The notes under the pieces are model-generated. The model worked only from the letters and a program-made list of their open reading frames with translations, did not search any database and had not been told where the DNA came from. Made by a program: the position numbers and the translations under genes. A stretch of DNA of 64,000 nucleotides, taken from positions 37,640 to 101,639 of the forward strand of contig CAIRDP010000062.1 of assembly GCA_903877385.1 (NCBI GenBank), written 5' to 3'. This stretch comes from an uncultured Bacteroidales bacterium (GTDB taxonomy: Bacteria; Bacteroidota; Bacteroidia; Bacteroidales; FEN-979). Of this stretch, positions 17,778 through 27,377 are shown one piece after another (positions within the stretch are counted from its first letter, which is position 1; each line of letters starts with the position of its first letter).

Positions 17778-20204
17778 CTAGCTTTTCCTGATCCTCATGT
17801 TATAGAAGGAACGGTATACAAAGTATAAGGCAACAGCGAAGAAACCAACGCCGATATAAGGAGCTATGCTATAAAAATGTTCCGAAATCGCTATTTCCAT
17901 TGCAAGAAGACCGAACAGTGTGGTGAACTTGATGATGGGGTTCAGAGCAACCGAAGAGGTGTCCTTGAAAGGATCGCCTACGGTATCGCCAACAACGGCA
18001 GCATCATGCAGGGCAGTGCCTTTTTCCTTGAGGTCCACTTCAACAACTTTCTTGGCATTGTCCCAGGCACCACCGGCATTAGCCATGAAGATAGCCTGGA
18101 AAAGGCCGAAGAAAGCAATGGAGATAAGGTAGCTTACAAAGAAGGAAGCTGCCGCATACCTGAGCGGATCGGTTTTGGCAAGCAACTCATCCTGGTAACC
18201 CGAGAGGAATGCTATGGCAAGAGCGAAAGAGAAAATTGCGACGAAGATGTTGAACATCCCGGTTTGTGCGTATTGTGTGCAGATCTTGACAACTTCTTTG
18301 GATGTTTCAACGGATGCTTTTTTGTCGGCATGCTCATCGAGGCGGATGTTCTTTTTAATGTATTCAACAGCCCTGTAAGCGCCTGTGGTAACAGCCTGGA
18401 TGGAAGCCCCGGTAAACCAGTAAATCACTGCTCCGCCCATGAGGAATCCAAGGATGCTGTATGGGTTCAGAATGTTGAGGATCTGCTCGGGGCTGATGCC
18501 GAACTTGTTCTGTATCACAAGGATCAGTGAGAAGATCATGGTGGTGGCGCCTACGACTGCGGTGCCGATGAGCACCGGTTTGGCCGTGGCTTTGAAGGTG
18601 TTCCCTGCCCCGTCGTTGGCTTCGAGGTAATGTTTGGCTTTTTCGAAATCAGGTTTGAAACCGAATTCTTTTTCAATTTCCCTTGATGCCTTTTCCTTAT
18701 CTTCCTCGATCAGCGAAAGTTCATACACTGACTGTGCATTGTCGGTAACCGGGCCGTAACTGTCGACCGCGATGGTAACAGGTCCCATACCGAGGAACCC
18801 GAATGCCACAAGGCCGAAAGCAAAAATTGAAGGATAGGTCATGTATGCATCCAGGCCGTGCTTGCTTGCGAGGTAAGCAACAAACATAAGCACCAGGAAT
18901 ACCATTCCCTGCCAGAATGCGCTGAAGTTACCTGCAACGAGGCCCGAAAGGATGTTAAGGGAAGCGCCGCCTTCGCGTGAGGCAGTAACGACTTCATTGA
19001 CGTGCCTTGATTTGGGGCTGGTGAAGATCTTGGTGAATTCGGGTATAAGGGCAGCTCCGAGAGTTCCGCAGCTGATGATGATCGAAAGGGTGAGCCAGAG
19101 GTTGTTTGCCAGGTCGCCTATCATCACCTTGCTGGCGATGAAAGTGACGATGATCGACAAAATGGAGGTGATCCAGACCAGGTTGGTCAGGGGGCGCTCA
19201 AAATCGATGTCATCCTGTTTACTGTAAAGAGCCTGGCTGAGGGCTTTATTGATGTAAAATGCGGTGATTGAAGTGATGACCATCAGTACGCGCATGACAA
19301 AGATCCAGGTTAAAAGTTCCCTCTGGTGATCGAGGAAATCGCTCCCTTTAACAACGGCGAGTACGATGAAACTGATAAGGGCAACTCCCGTTACACCGTA
19401 AGTTTCAAAACCGTCGGCTGTGGGGCCTACGCTGTCGCCTGCATTGTCGCCTGTGCAATCTGCGATAACACCGGGATTCCTGGGATCATCTTCCTTGATT
19501 TTGAAAACGACCTTCATGAGATCCGAACCGATATCGGCGATCTTGGTGAAGATGCCGCCTGCGATACGCAGGGCGGATGCGCCAAGGGATTCACCGATTG
19601 CAAAACCTATGAAACTTGCTCCTGCAAATTCCCTGGGAACAAATAATAAGATGATAAGCATCATGATTAGCTCAACACAGATGAGCATGACCCCTATACT
19701 CATCCCTGAATCAAGGGGGATGTTCAATAATTTTATTGGCTTGCGCTCCAGGGAGGCAAAAGCCATCCTGCTGTTGGCAAGGGTGTTCATCCTGATTCCA
19801 AACCATGCAACACCATAGGATCCGAGGATACCGATGATAGTCCATGAGAGGATCAGAAGAACTCCGCCAAACGGCATGGCCTGAAGGAAACCAAAATAAA
19901 ACGCAATACAAAGCCCGATGATGATGAACAGCATCACCAGGAATTTACCCTGCTGGATCAGGTAGGTCTTGCAGGTTTCAAAAATGATCTTGGCGACATC
20001 CAGCATCGACTGGTGTGCACCTAATTTCCTGACCTTCTGGAACTGGTAGTAGCCGAACAGCATTCCCAGCAGGCAGATCAGGAACCCGAACATCAACAGG
20101 TTGTTCTGCGAGGAAGTCAGGGCAGGGATTTTAAGGTCTGCCTCTGAGGCAAACATCGATAATGGCAGCACCAAGGCCGCAAAAAGTATAGCCAATCTTT
20201 TCAT
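17778..20204 (-). CDS. hppA: Membrane-bound ion-translocating pyrophosphatase
   Basis: GGIFTKIADIGSDL, EDDPRNPGVIADCTGDNAGD, DSYGPVTDNA, GDTVGDPFKDTSS; many TM helices. Confidence 0.95.
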   Translation of the reverse strand: MKRLAILFAALVLPLSMFASEADLKIPALTSSQNNLLMFGFLICLLGMLFGYYQFQKVRKLGAHQSMLDVAKIIFETCKTYLIQQGKFLVMLFIIIGLCIAFYFGFLQAMPFGGVLLILSWTIIGILGSYGVAWFGIRMNTLANSRMAFASLERKPIKLLNIPLDSGMSIGVMLICVELIMMLIILLFVPREFAGASFIGFAIGESLGASALRIAGGIFTKIADIGSDLMKVVFKIKEDDPRNPGVIADCTGDNAGDSVGPTADGFETYGVTGVALISFIVLAVVKGSDFLDHQRELLTWIFVMRVLMVITSITAFYINKALSQALYSKQDDIDFERPLTNLVWITSILSIIVTFIASKVMIGDLANNLWLTLSIIISCGTLGAALIPEFTKIFTSPKSRHVNEVVTASREGGASLNILSGLVAGNFSAFWQGMVFLVLMFVAYLASKHGLDAYMTYPSIFAFGLVAFGFLGMGPVTIAVDSYGPVTDNAQSVYELSLIEEDKEKASREIEKEFGFKPDFEKAKHYLEANDGAGNTFKATAKPVLIGTAVVGATTMIFSLILVIQNKFGISPEQILNILNPYSILGFLMGGAVIYWFTGASIQAVTTGAYRAVEYIKKNIRLDEHADKKASVETSKEVVKICTQYAQTGMFNIFVAIFSFALAIAFLSGYQDELLAKTDPLRYAAASFFVSYLISIAFFGLFQAIFMANAGGAWDNAKKVVEVDLKEKGTALHDAAVVGDTVGDPFKDTSSVALNPIIKFTTLFGLLAMEIAISEHFYSIAPYIGVGFFAVALYFVYRSFYNMRIRKS

Positions 20205-20347
20205 ATGAAAATAGTTACATGTTGAGACCTCAAATTTATGAAGGTTTTTCGAAACAATCCCATTAAAACTATTTTTTTTTCAGTAAGAAGGTAGTTAAAA
20301 TCCCGAAGATTAGGCGTAAGTTTGTATTTGGAATCATAACCTGCCTG

Positions 20348-20944
20348 ATGGAGAAGATCCGGCTAGAAATCATCGGAATGTCATACAGCCAGTCCCAGAC
20401 CGGGGCTTACGCCCTGATCCTGGGAGAGAAGAACGGAAAGCGGAGGCTTCCTATTATTATTGGAGGGTTTGAAGCCCAGGCAATTGCCATCGAACTGGAA
20501 AAGATCAAAACTCCGAGACCGCTTACCCACGACCTTTTTAAATCCTTTGCCGATGCTTTCGGAATAGAGGTACGTGAGATCGTGATCAATAAATTTCATG
20601 AAGGTGTTTTTTATGCCCAGCTTGTATGCAGCGACGGCGGCAAGGTTGAAGAAGTGGATTCCCGTACTTCCGATGCCATTGCCCTTGCCCTCAGGTTCAG
20701 TTGTCCTATTTATACGTATGAGGAAATCATGAAATCGGCTTCCATCATGGTCGAAGAGGATGCGGATGCTCCGGCTGAAGTCAAGCCCGAAACACAGCCA
20801 AAAATATCAACCAGGCAGGAGTTTACAGGCTTGTCTGTTGCCGAACTTAATGAAACCCTGCAGGCTGCCATCGAAAATGAGGAATATGAAAAAGCTTCCC
20901 GTATAAGGGATGAGTTGAACCGCCGTAACCGCAGCAGAAAGTAA
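20348..20944 (+). CDS. Bifunctional nuclease (DUF151) with C-terminal UVR domain
   Basis: LPIIIG.FEAQAI, PRPLTHDL, DSRTSDAIALA, EEYEKASRIRDE. Confidence 0.92.
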   Translation: MEKIRLEIIGMSYSQSQTGAYALILGEKNGKRRLPIIIGGFEAQAIAIELEKIKTPRPLTHDLFKSFADAFGIEVREIVINKFHEGVFYAQLVCSDGGKVEEVDSRTSDAIALALRFSCPIYTYEEIMKSASIMVEEDADAPAEVKPETQPKISTRQEFTGLSVAELNETLQAAIENEEYEKASRIRDELNRRNRSRK

Positions 20945-20947
20945 TCC

Positions 20948-21742
20948 ATGAAACAATATCTTGACCTTCTTGATTTTGTATTAAATACAGGAGTTAAAAA
21001 GGAAGACCGCACAGGAACCGGGACCCTGAGCGTTTTCGGCTACCAGATGAGGTTCAACCTGGCAAACGGCTTCCCGGCGATGACTACCAAAAAACTCCAC
21101 CTCCGTTCGATCATCCATGAACTTTTATGGTTCCTCCAGGGCGCAACGAACCTTAAATACCTTCACGAGAATAAGGTTACGATCTGGGACGAATGGGCAA
21201 AGCACAATGGTGAGCTGGGCCATATCTACGGCTACCAGTGGCGTTTCTGGCCCGATCACAAAGGCGGGCATATCGATCAGATCAAACAGGTGGTGGAATC
21301 CATCCAAAAGAATCCCGATTCACGAAGGCATATCGTAAGCGCATGGAACGTAGGGGAACTTGACCTTATGGCCCTGCCGCCCTGCCACCTTATGTTCCAG
21401 TTCTATGTCGCCAACGGAAAGCTTTCCTGCCAGATGTACCAGAGGTCCTGTGATATCTTTCTCGGGGTCCCGTTTAATATTGCATCCTATGCGCTTCTGC
21501 TGATGATGATGGCCCAGGTGACGGGGCTAGAGCCCGGTGAATTTGTTCATACCCTGGGCGATGCCCATATCTACCTCAACCATATTGAACAGGTGAAACT
21601 TCAGCTTACAAGAACCCCTTTTCCCTTGCCGAAAATGACCCTCAATCCCGGGGTTAACGACATCTTTAAATTCAGGTTTGAGGATTTTACCCTGAGTGAT
21701 TATCAGTCGCACCCGCATATCAAGGGTGAAATTTCTGTTTAA
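20948..21742 (+). CDS. thyA: Thymidylate synthase
   Basis: [33 protein letters not shown]. Confidence 0.98.
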   Translation: MKQYLDLLDFVLNTGVKKEDRTGTGTLSVFGYQMRFNLANGFPAMTTKKLHLRSIIHELLWFLQGATNLKYLHENKVTIWDEWAKHNGELGHIYGYQWRFWPDHKGGHIDQIKQVVESIQKNPDSRRHIVSAWNVGELDLMALPPCHLMFQFYVANGKLSCQMYQRSCDIFLGVPFNIASYALLLMMMAQVTGLEPGEFVHTLGDAHIYLNHIEQVKLQLTRTPFPLPKMTLNPGVNDIFKFRFEDFTLSDYQSHPHIKGEISV

Positions 21743-21751
21743 ATTTGTACT

Positions 21752-22240
21752 ATGCTTTCAATCATTGTTGCAATAGCCGAAAACCTGGCGATAGGAAAGG
21801 ATAATGACCTTCTGTGGCATATTCCCGAGGACCTGAAACGTTTCAAACAGATCACCCTGGGGCATACTATTATCATGGGAAAACGAACCTGGTATTCACT
21901 CCCGAAACGCCCCCTGCCAAACCGTGTAAGCCTTGTAATTACAGATATCCCCGCTGAGGTCATCGAAGGCTGCATCATGGCGTATTCCATTGCCGATGCC
22001 ATTTCAAAGTGCAGGCCGTCAGAAGAAAATTTTGTGATAGGGGGGGCCTCGGTTTACGGGCAGTTCCTGCCCCTGGCCTATCGTCTCTATCTTACCCGGG
22101 TGCATAAACCCTTCGAGGCTGACGTTTTTTTTCCTGAAATAAATTATACTGAATGGAAGCGTATCCATAAAGAAGATTTCCCTTTTGATGAAAAGCTTGG
22201 TTTCGCATACAGCTACGAGACCTATGACAGGATCAGATGA
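21752..22240 (+). CDS. folA: Dihydrofolate reductase
   Basis: AIG.DN.L.W.IPEDLKRFK, IMG..TW.S, PLPNR, IGG. Confidence 0.96.
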   Translation: MLSIIVAIAENLAIGKDNDLLWHIPEDLKRFKQITLGHTIIMGKRTWYSLPKRPLPNRVSLVITDIPAEVIEGCIMAYSIADAISKCRPSEENFVIGGASVYGQFLPLAYRLYLTRVHKPFEADVFFPEINYTEWKRIHKEDFPFDEKLGFAYSYETYDRIR

Positions 22241-23169
22241 TCACGGATGTATTTACTTCAAATCAGGGCCCCTCAACCGGCTTATCCAAGGCAGCTGATG
22301 GGAATTCAGCCCGGGGGCCCAAGCCTTCATCCAGGGGTTCGGGTATCGGGATATTCCTGCTAACTGCAGTAATCCTGATTTTGGCCACGGCAGGCTGTAA
22401 AAAGAAAAGCACTGCCTCGGACCTGGGCCCTAACGTGAATGTTGCCGATGACATTGTGTTTACTGAACGGGGGCTCTTTCATACCTTCGACCTCCTTTTT
22501 AAAGCCAATCTCGATTCAAATATCATGGTGAACGGAGCCGGAACCATCGACAAAGCCATCATTACATATAACAGCACCATCAGGCGGTTTTCTGTTTATT
22601 ACCAGAATAAATACTGTGCCGACTGCGTGACCAGGAACGGAAATATCGTGATCACCCTTACGGGGGATTTTTTCACAACAGGGACCCAGGCCACCGTGGT
22701 ATTCCAGGATTATTCGGAAGATTTGCGCAAATTTATCGGCAGGGACAACCTTATCAACTATGGATATATCCTGGGCGGGCACAGTGGCTATAACTCAACC
22801 ATTGTCGGCCTCTCAATCGTGAAAGACTCTCTCCATTCAACAGTATGGAATTCACTGCTGGATTATCATATTCCCGCTGTTCTTAAAATGAATCCCGACA
22901 GCCTTTCACCCATTTCCATAACCGGAACTGCAAACGGTGTATCCTCGGCTACCTATGCCTTTTCATTTCAGATCAGCACCGCCCTTGTGAACGATACTTA
23001 CTGCCGGTGGATCAGGCAGGGCGTCATGCAGATATCAGTGCCGTCGGCAGATGTGGCAGATGGGACCATTGAATACGTGAACAGCGGCAAATGCAACGAC
23101 AGGGTCACTTATAATTTTGAAGGGACTGTATTTGAATGGTGGATAAACAAAAGGAAACTGAATTACTGA
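22237..23169 (+). CDS. Hypothetical lipoprotein
   Basis: Hydrophobic stretch and lipobox LATAGC followed by KKKS; beta-rich body; 4-nt overlap with folA; start uncertain. Confidence 0.7.
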   Translation: MITDVFTSNQGPSTGLSKAADGNSARGPKPSSRGSGIGIFLLTAVILILATAGCKKKSTASDLGPNVNVADDIVFTERGLFHTFDLLFKANLDSNIMVNGAGTIDKAIITYNSTIRRFSVYYQNKYCADCVTRNGNIVITLTGDFFTTGTQATVVFQDYSEDLRKFIGRDNLINYGYILGGHSGYNSTIVGLSIVKDSLHSTVWNSLLDYHIPAVLKMNPDSLSPISITGTANGVSSATYAFSFQISTALVNDTYCRWIRQGVMQISVPSADVADGTIEYVNSGKCNDRVTYNFEGTVFEWWINKRKLNY

Positions 23170-23180
23170 TCTCTCCTGAC

Positions 23181-24473
23181 TCAGGTCTTTCGCTTTTCTT
23201 TTTTGGCAGCAGGGAACAGCACATTGTTTAATATCAGCCTGTAGCCCGGCGAATTGGGGTGGAGGTTAAGGTCGGTGGGAGGGTCGCCAACGAGGTGCTG
23301 GTAATCTTCAGGGTCATGGCCCCCTAAAAAAGTCCATGTGCCGTTTCCAAAATCCCCGTGAATATACCTGGCCTCACCAAGGGATTTGTTCTCGCCCAGG
23401 ACCAGGACGCTTGGTTTAATGTATTTTTCATTGAAAGCCGTGGTCTGGCCCATAAACCCGTGGATCAGGGATTCGTGATCCTGGCAAAGCATGGTTGGCA
23501 CGGGATCCCATTTTGCAGAGAATTCGAAAAGAGAGAAAAAATCATTGTTCCAGGTCAGGTTCTTGGGCCTGGTTTCGGTGACATCTATGGAGGATATCTC
23601 GTATTGGTACGGATTATGGACCAGGCTGAAATTCTGGAAAGCGAAGCATTTCGAATAATCCAGTTTAGAGTCGGCCTGCTGGTCCATGGGGTCTCCGTCA
23701 AACATGACGTCGCAGATGTCTATCCCTTCGGCTGCAAGGGCAACATCATAGCTGTCGGGGGCGGAACACATCGAAAAAAGATACCCTCCCCCGGCAACAA
23801 AGTCCCTTATCTTCTGAGCCACGGAGAGTTTCATCTGTGAAACTTTGGCATAACCCAGCTTATGGGCCGATTCCTCCTGCAGCTGAACGTCTTCCTCGTA
23901 CCAGGGGAAATTTTTATAGGCCGCCCAGAACTTTCCATACTGTCCCGTAAAGTCCTCGTGGTGCATATGCAGCCAGTCGTAAAGGGGAAGCAGTCCCGTG
24001 AGGACTTCCTCGTCATATAATATGGTATACGGAATCTCGGCATACGTGAGAACCAGGGTTACAGCATCGTCCCAGGGCCTTTTATTCTTGGGTGAATAAA
24101 CTGCAATCTTCGGAGCCTTGTGAAGTTTTATCCTTTCCATATTTACCTGCGGATCGGCAATCTCCTGTAAAATTGCATCCACCTGGGCATCGGCAAGGGC
24201 CTGGAAAGTCACACCCCTGATATTGCACTCATTCTCAACCTGCTTATTGTACTGTATAAGGAAACTGCCTCCCCTGTAATTAAGAAGCCAGTCAACTTCC
24301 ATATCCTTCTGCAACACCCAGTATGAAATGCCGTATGCTTTAAGGTGGTTCTTCTGGGCCTCGTCCATGGGTAAAAGCAGGTAAGCCGCCTTTGAAGAGG
24401 CGCATAAAATCAAAAGTAAAACGATAATTATCAGCCTGTTTCTAAAACGGCATATCCGGCTGGTCATGGTCAT
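23181..24473 (-). CDS. Conserved Bacteroidota exported protein (commonly auto-annotated 'asparagine synthetase B'); start uncertain
   Basis: QKNHLKAYG, WLLNYRGGSF, WLH.HHEDFTGQYGKF, F.MCSA.DS.D, GHDPEDYQH.VGDPPTDL; signal peptide. Confidence 0.8.
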   Translation of the reverse strand: MTMTSRICRFRNRLIIIVLLLILCASSKAAYLLLPMDEAQKNHLKAYGISYWVLQKDMEVDWLLNYRGGSFLIQYNKQVENECNIRGVTFQALADAQVDAILQEIADPQVNMERIKLHKAPKIAVYSPKNKRPWDDAVTLVLTYAEIPYTILYDEEVLTGLLPLYDWLHMHHEDFTGQYGKFWAAYKNFPWYEEDVQLQEESAHKLGYAKVSQMKLSVAQKIRDFVAGGGYLFSMCSAPDSYDVALAAEGIDICDVMFDGDPMDQQADSKLDYSKCFAFQNFSLVHNPYQYEISSIDVTETRPKNLTWNNDFFSLFEFSAKWDPVPTMLCQDHESLIHGFMGQTTAFNEKYIKPSVLVLGENKSLGEARYIHGDFGNGTWTFLGGHDPEDYQHLVGDPPTDLNLHPNSPGYRLILNNVLFPAAKKEKRKT

Positions 24474-26010
24474 CCATTTTCGACATGATGGTGCGGGTGC
24501 GCACCGAACCATCAAACGATGTATTGGCCGAAATAGTATTCGCCGGGGTGTACTCCTGCTCGGTATCGGTGAACTTCGCAAATTTCGAAATGAACTTGAG
24601 GGGAATATCTTTCAGGGGGCCGTTACGGTTCTTTGCAATACTTACTTCGGCTGTGCCTGATGTTGAATCCCCGTGTTCGTCAACATCGATCTTGTAATAT
24701 TCGGGCCGGTAGATAAACATTACCATATCTGCATCCTGCTCGATGGAGCCTGACTCACGAAGGTCGGAAAGTATGGGCTTGGCGGCTGCTGAACGTTTTT
24801 CGGGTGCGCGGCTCAGCTGCGAAAGGGCAATCACCGGGATGTCGAGTTCCTTGGCAAGGCTCTTAAGCCCTCTCGAAATGCTGCTGATCTCCTGTTCCCT
24901 GTTCCCTTTCGTTTCATGGCCTCCCTGCATCAGCTGAAGGTAATCTACAACAATGAGCTGGATATCATGCCTTGCTTTAAGCCTTCTCGACTTGGCACGG
25001 AGGTCGAAGATCGATAAGGCGGCTGTGTCATCAAGGTAGATCGGGGCCTCGAGAAGGTTCCCGATCTTGGCATTAAGCTGCTGCCATTCATATTCTTCCA
25101 TGGTCCCTTTACGGAGTTTTTCCTGGGGGATTTCCGTTTCGGAGGAGATCAGGCGGGTCACCAGCTGAACTGCCGACATTTCAAGGGAAAACACGGCCAC
25201 CGGTTTTTTAAAATCAACAGCTGCATTCCTGGCCATAGTCAGTGCGAAAGCTGTCTTGCCCATACCGGGGCGGGATGCAATGATCACAAGATCCGATTTC
25301 TGCCAGCCGGAAGTGATGCGGTCAAGTTCGGTAAACCCCGAACCGACTCCCCTGAGCGATCCTTCATGCCCCCGGGCTGCAGTGATCTCCTTGATGGCTT
25401 CCCTGATGATCGACTGCATGTCCATGTATGTCTTGCCTATGCTGCTTTCGCTTATCGAAAACAAGCCTGTCTCGGCCTTGTCGAGGAGGTCGAATACATC
25501 GGTTGAATCTTCGTAGGCATCCTTAATGATCTCCGAGGATATTCTTATGAGTTCCCTTTGAATGTACTTCTGCAGTATGATCCTGGCATGGAATTCTATA
25601 TTTGCGGCAGATGCAACCCTGTTCGTCAGGTTCGTGATATAATACGCTCCCCCTACTATTTCAAGTTCCCCTGCCTGCCTCAGGTCTTCGGTCACAGTAA
25701 GTATGTCAACCGGCTGGTTGCTTCCGTAAAGCCTGTGGATAGCCGCGTAAATTTTCTGGTTCTGTTCCTTGTAAAAAACTTCAGGTTTAAGGATCTCGAT
25801 AACTTCGGCAAGCTTGTCGTTTTCGAGCATCATAGCCCCTAAAACCGCCTCTTCCAGGTCAACAGCCTGGGGAGGGACCTTCCCGTGCTCAAAAAAAGCA
25901 TTGGACCCCCCGGCAGGGCTGGCTTTCCTGCGTAATCCCCTTGCCTCGTCCTTATTTGCAGGCCCGTCCGCCGCACCTCGCTTATTCTGGTTGCTCCCTC
26001 TGTCTTCCAT
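24442..26010 (-). CDS. dnaB: Replicative DNA helicase
   Basis: PPQAVDLEEAVLG, RPGMGKT, FSLEM, VDYLQL, LSQLSR, LRESGSIEQDAD; no intein. Confidence 0.98.
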   Translation of the reverse strand: MEDRGSNQNKRGAADGPANKDEARGLRRKASPAGGSNAFFEHGKVPPQAVDLEEAVLGAMMLENDKLAEVIEILKPEVFYKEQNQKIYAAIHRLYGSNQPVDILTVTEDLRQAGELEIVGGAYYITNLTNRVASAANIEFHARIILQKYIQRELIRISSEIIKDAYEDSTDVFDLLDKAETGLFSISESSIGKTYMDMQSIIREAIKEITAARGHEGSLRGVGSGFTELDRITSGWQKSDLVIIASRPGMGKTAFALTMARNAAVDFKKPVAVFSLEMSAVQLVTRLISSETEIPQEKLRKGTMEEYEWQQLNAKIGNLLEAPIYLDDTAALSIFDLRAKSRRLKARHDIQLIVVDYLQLMQGGHETKGNREQEISSISRGLKSLAKELDIPVIALSQLSRAPEKRSAAAKPILSDLRESGSIEQDADMVMFIYRPEYYKIDVDEHGDSTSGTAEVSIAKNRNGPLKDIPLKFISKFAKFTDTEQEYTPANTISANTSFDGSVRTRTIMSKMDDHDQPDMPF

Positions 26011-26014
26011 TTGC

Positions 26015-26022
26015 CAAAAATA
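26015..26022 (-). promoter_or_regulatory. Bacteroidota -7 promoter box TATTTTTG, 4 nt before the dnaB ATG
   Basis: Matches the TAnnTTTG consensus. Confidence 0.55.
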
Positions 26023-26073
26023 CTATGAAAGTCAAATATCCCGGACTATTCCTGCATAATTAGTTTTCAACAA

Positions 26074-27357
26074 TCACAAAGCAAACAATAGGCCGATATG
26101 CCCCCAGGCATGCCACCACCTGTGGCTGAATTCAGGGCTTAATACGGTCTGTTCCAGTTCAATCCCTATGGCTCCGTATGTAATCGTAAAACCTGCCGAT
26201 GATTGGGTCACAACACCCGAAACCGAAGAGGCAGGGAGGGTGTACGGGCTGCTGCGGTTTATCATGCCTCCCTCGAGTGTTGCATCATAGGCAACCAGCC
26301 TTGCCGCTCCCCTGAAGGTAAAGAAATACTGAGCAAGCCTGTACCCCCCGGCTTTCAGCAACCGTTTCTTGCGAACCCCGAGGTCGGAGAAATAATCGTT
26401 GAACCATCCTATCCTCAGGCTTGCACAACCTCCTATATTGTCGTACAAGGTACCCAATGATCCCGATCCTGCAAGGATCAGCTGTAAATGCTTTGAATTT
26501 ATGACACCCTTCTCAAGCGAAAAATTGTAACTCAGCAGGGCATCGGTACCCACCTGGTAGTCCCAGCCCAGGGGCTCTGAATTGGTTGGCACATATTTGT
26601 GAAAAAGATCCTGTACCGTTCCTCCCAGTGAAAACTTGCCTATAATTCCTATGTCAAATTCAGACCTCTGCCTGAAATGGTGCTGCTCATCGTTGGTTAT
26701 TTTAAAGCTTCCGATATAAAGGTATGCGGCATAGGGCCGATCCCCATAAAGGATCCCGCCCAGTTTAGTGGTTGAGGGGGTATACAGGTTCTGGACCAGC
26801 GAAAGGCCATAATAATTCTTTGCCCTGCCCCAGTATGGCAGCAGCATATATTTAACCGGATTGACGCTGATTGCAGGGGCCACATAATCAAATCGTATGC
26901 CGTTCGTATAGAACTGGTCGGTATAGTCAAAAATATCATTATCGAAACCGATTTTCAGTATCCTGTCATTGCTCAGGCTGATTGCCGATTGAAATAGAGT
27001 GTCGGAGCCCTGCATGCGGGCCAGGTCCTTGTTCAGGGGCTCCGAAAAGTCGGGGTTGATGCCCGATGGCCTGAGGCTTTCGATGTTTCTGACCCGGGTT
27101 GAATCTGAATGTTTGTACGAAGTAACAATCACCACTTTTACCGGCTTGTTTTTATGTGATTTGTGTTTTTGACTGCGGATGTCGTCTCTGGTTTGAGCCA
27201 TGGGTTTTCCCGGCCCGGCCTTTGCCCGGCTTTTGCCCGATTGTTCAATGATTGCTTTTAGCCTTGAAGGCGGGATGACTTTGTTTTGCGCCTGCCGGCC
27301 ATCCGGAGAACAGGCAACAAGAAAAGAAAGAATGATAATGGTGATATAAAGCCTCAT
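26074..27357 (-). CDS. Lipid A 3'-O-deacylase LpxR-family (DUF2219) outer-membrane protein
   Basis: DND....TD..YTNG.R, Q.LYTP, DRPYAAYL, Q..FH, GW..Q, SPEF; start set at MRLYITII. Confidence 0.82.
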   Translation of the reverse strand: MRLYITIIILSFLVACSPDGRQAQNKVIPPSRLKAIIEQSGKSRAKAGPGKPMAQTRDDIRSQKHKSHKNKPVKVVIVTSYKHSDSTRVRNIESLRPSGINPDFSEPLNKDLARMQGSDTLFQSAISLSNDRILKIGFDNDIFDYTDQFYTNGIRFDYVAPAISVNPVKYMLLPYWGRAKNYYGLSLVQNLYTPSTTKLGGILYGDRPYAAYLYIGSFKITNDEQHHFRQRSEFDIGIIGKFSLGGTVQDLFHKYVPTNSEPLGWDYQVGTDALLSYNFSLEKGVINSKHLQLILAGSGSLGTLYDNIGGCASLRIGWFNDYFSDLGVRKKRLLKAGGYRLAQYFFTFRGAARLVAYDATLEGGMINRSSPYTLPASSVSGVVTQSSAGFTITYGAIGIELEQTVLSPEFSHRWWHAWGHIGLLFAL

Positions 27358-27377
27358 TGGCTGCAAAGGTAGCTAAT

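Noticed and set aside
24442-26010. Intein in DnaB (also checked GyrB and UvrA)
   Set aside because: Lengths and motif spacing are normal
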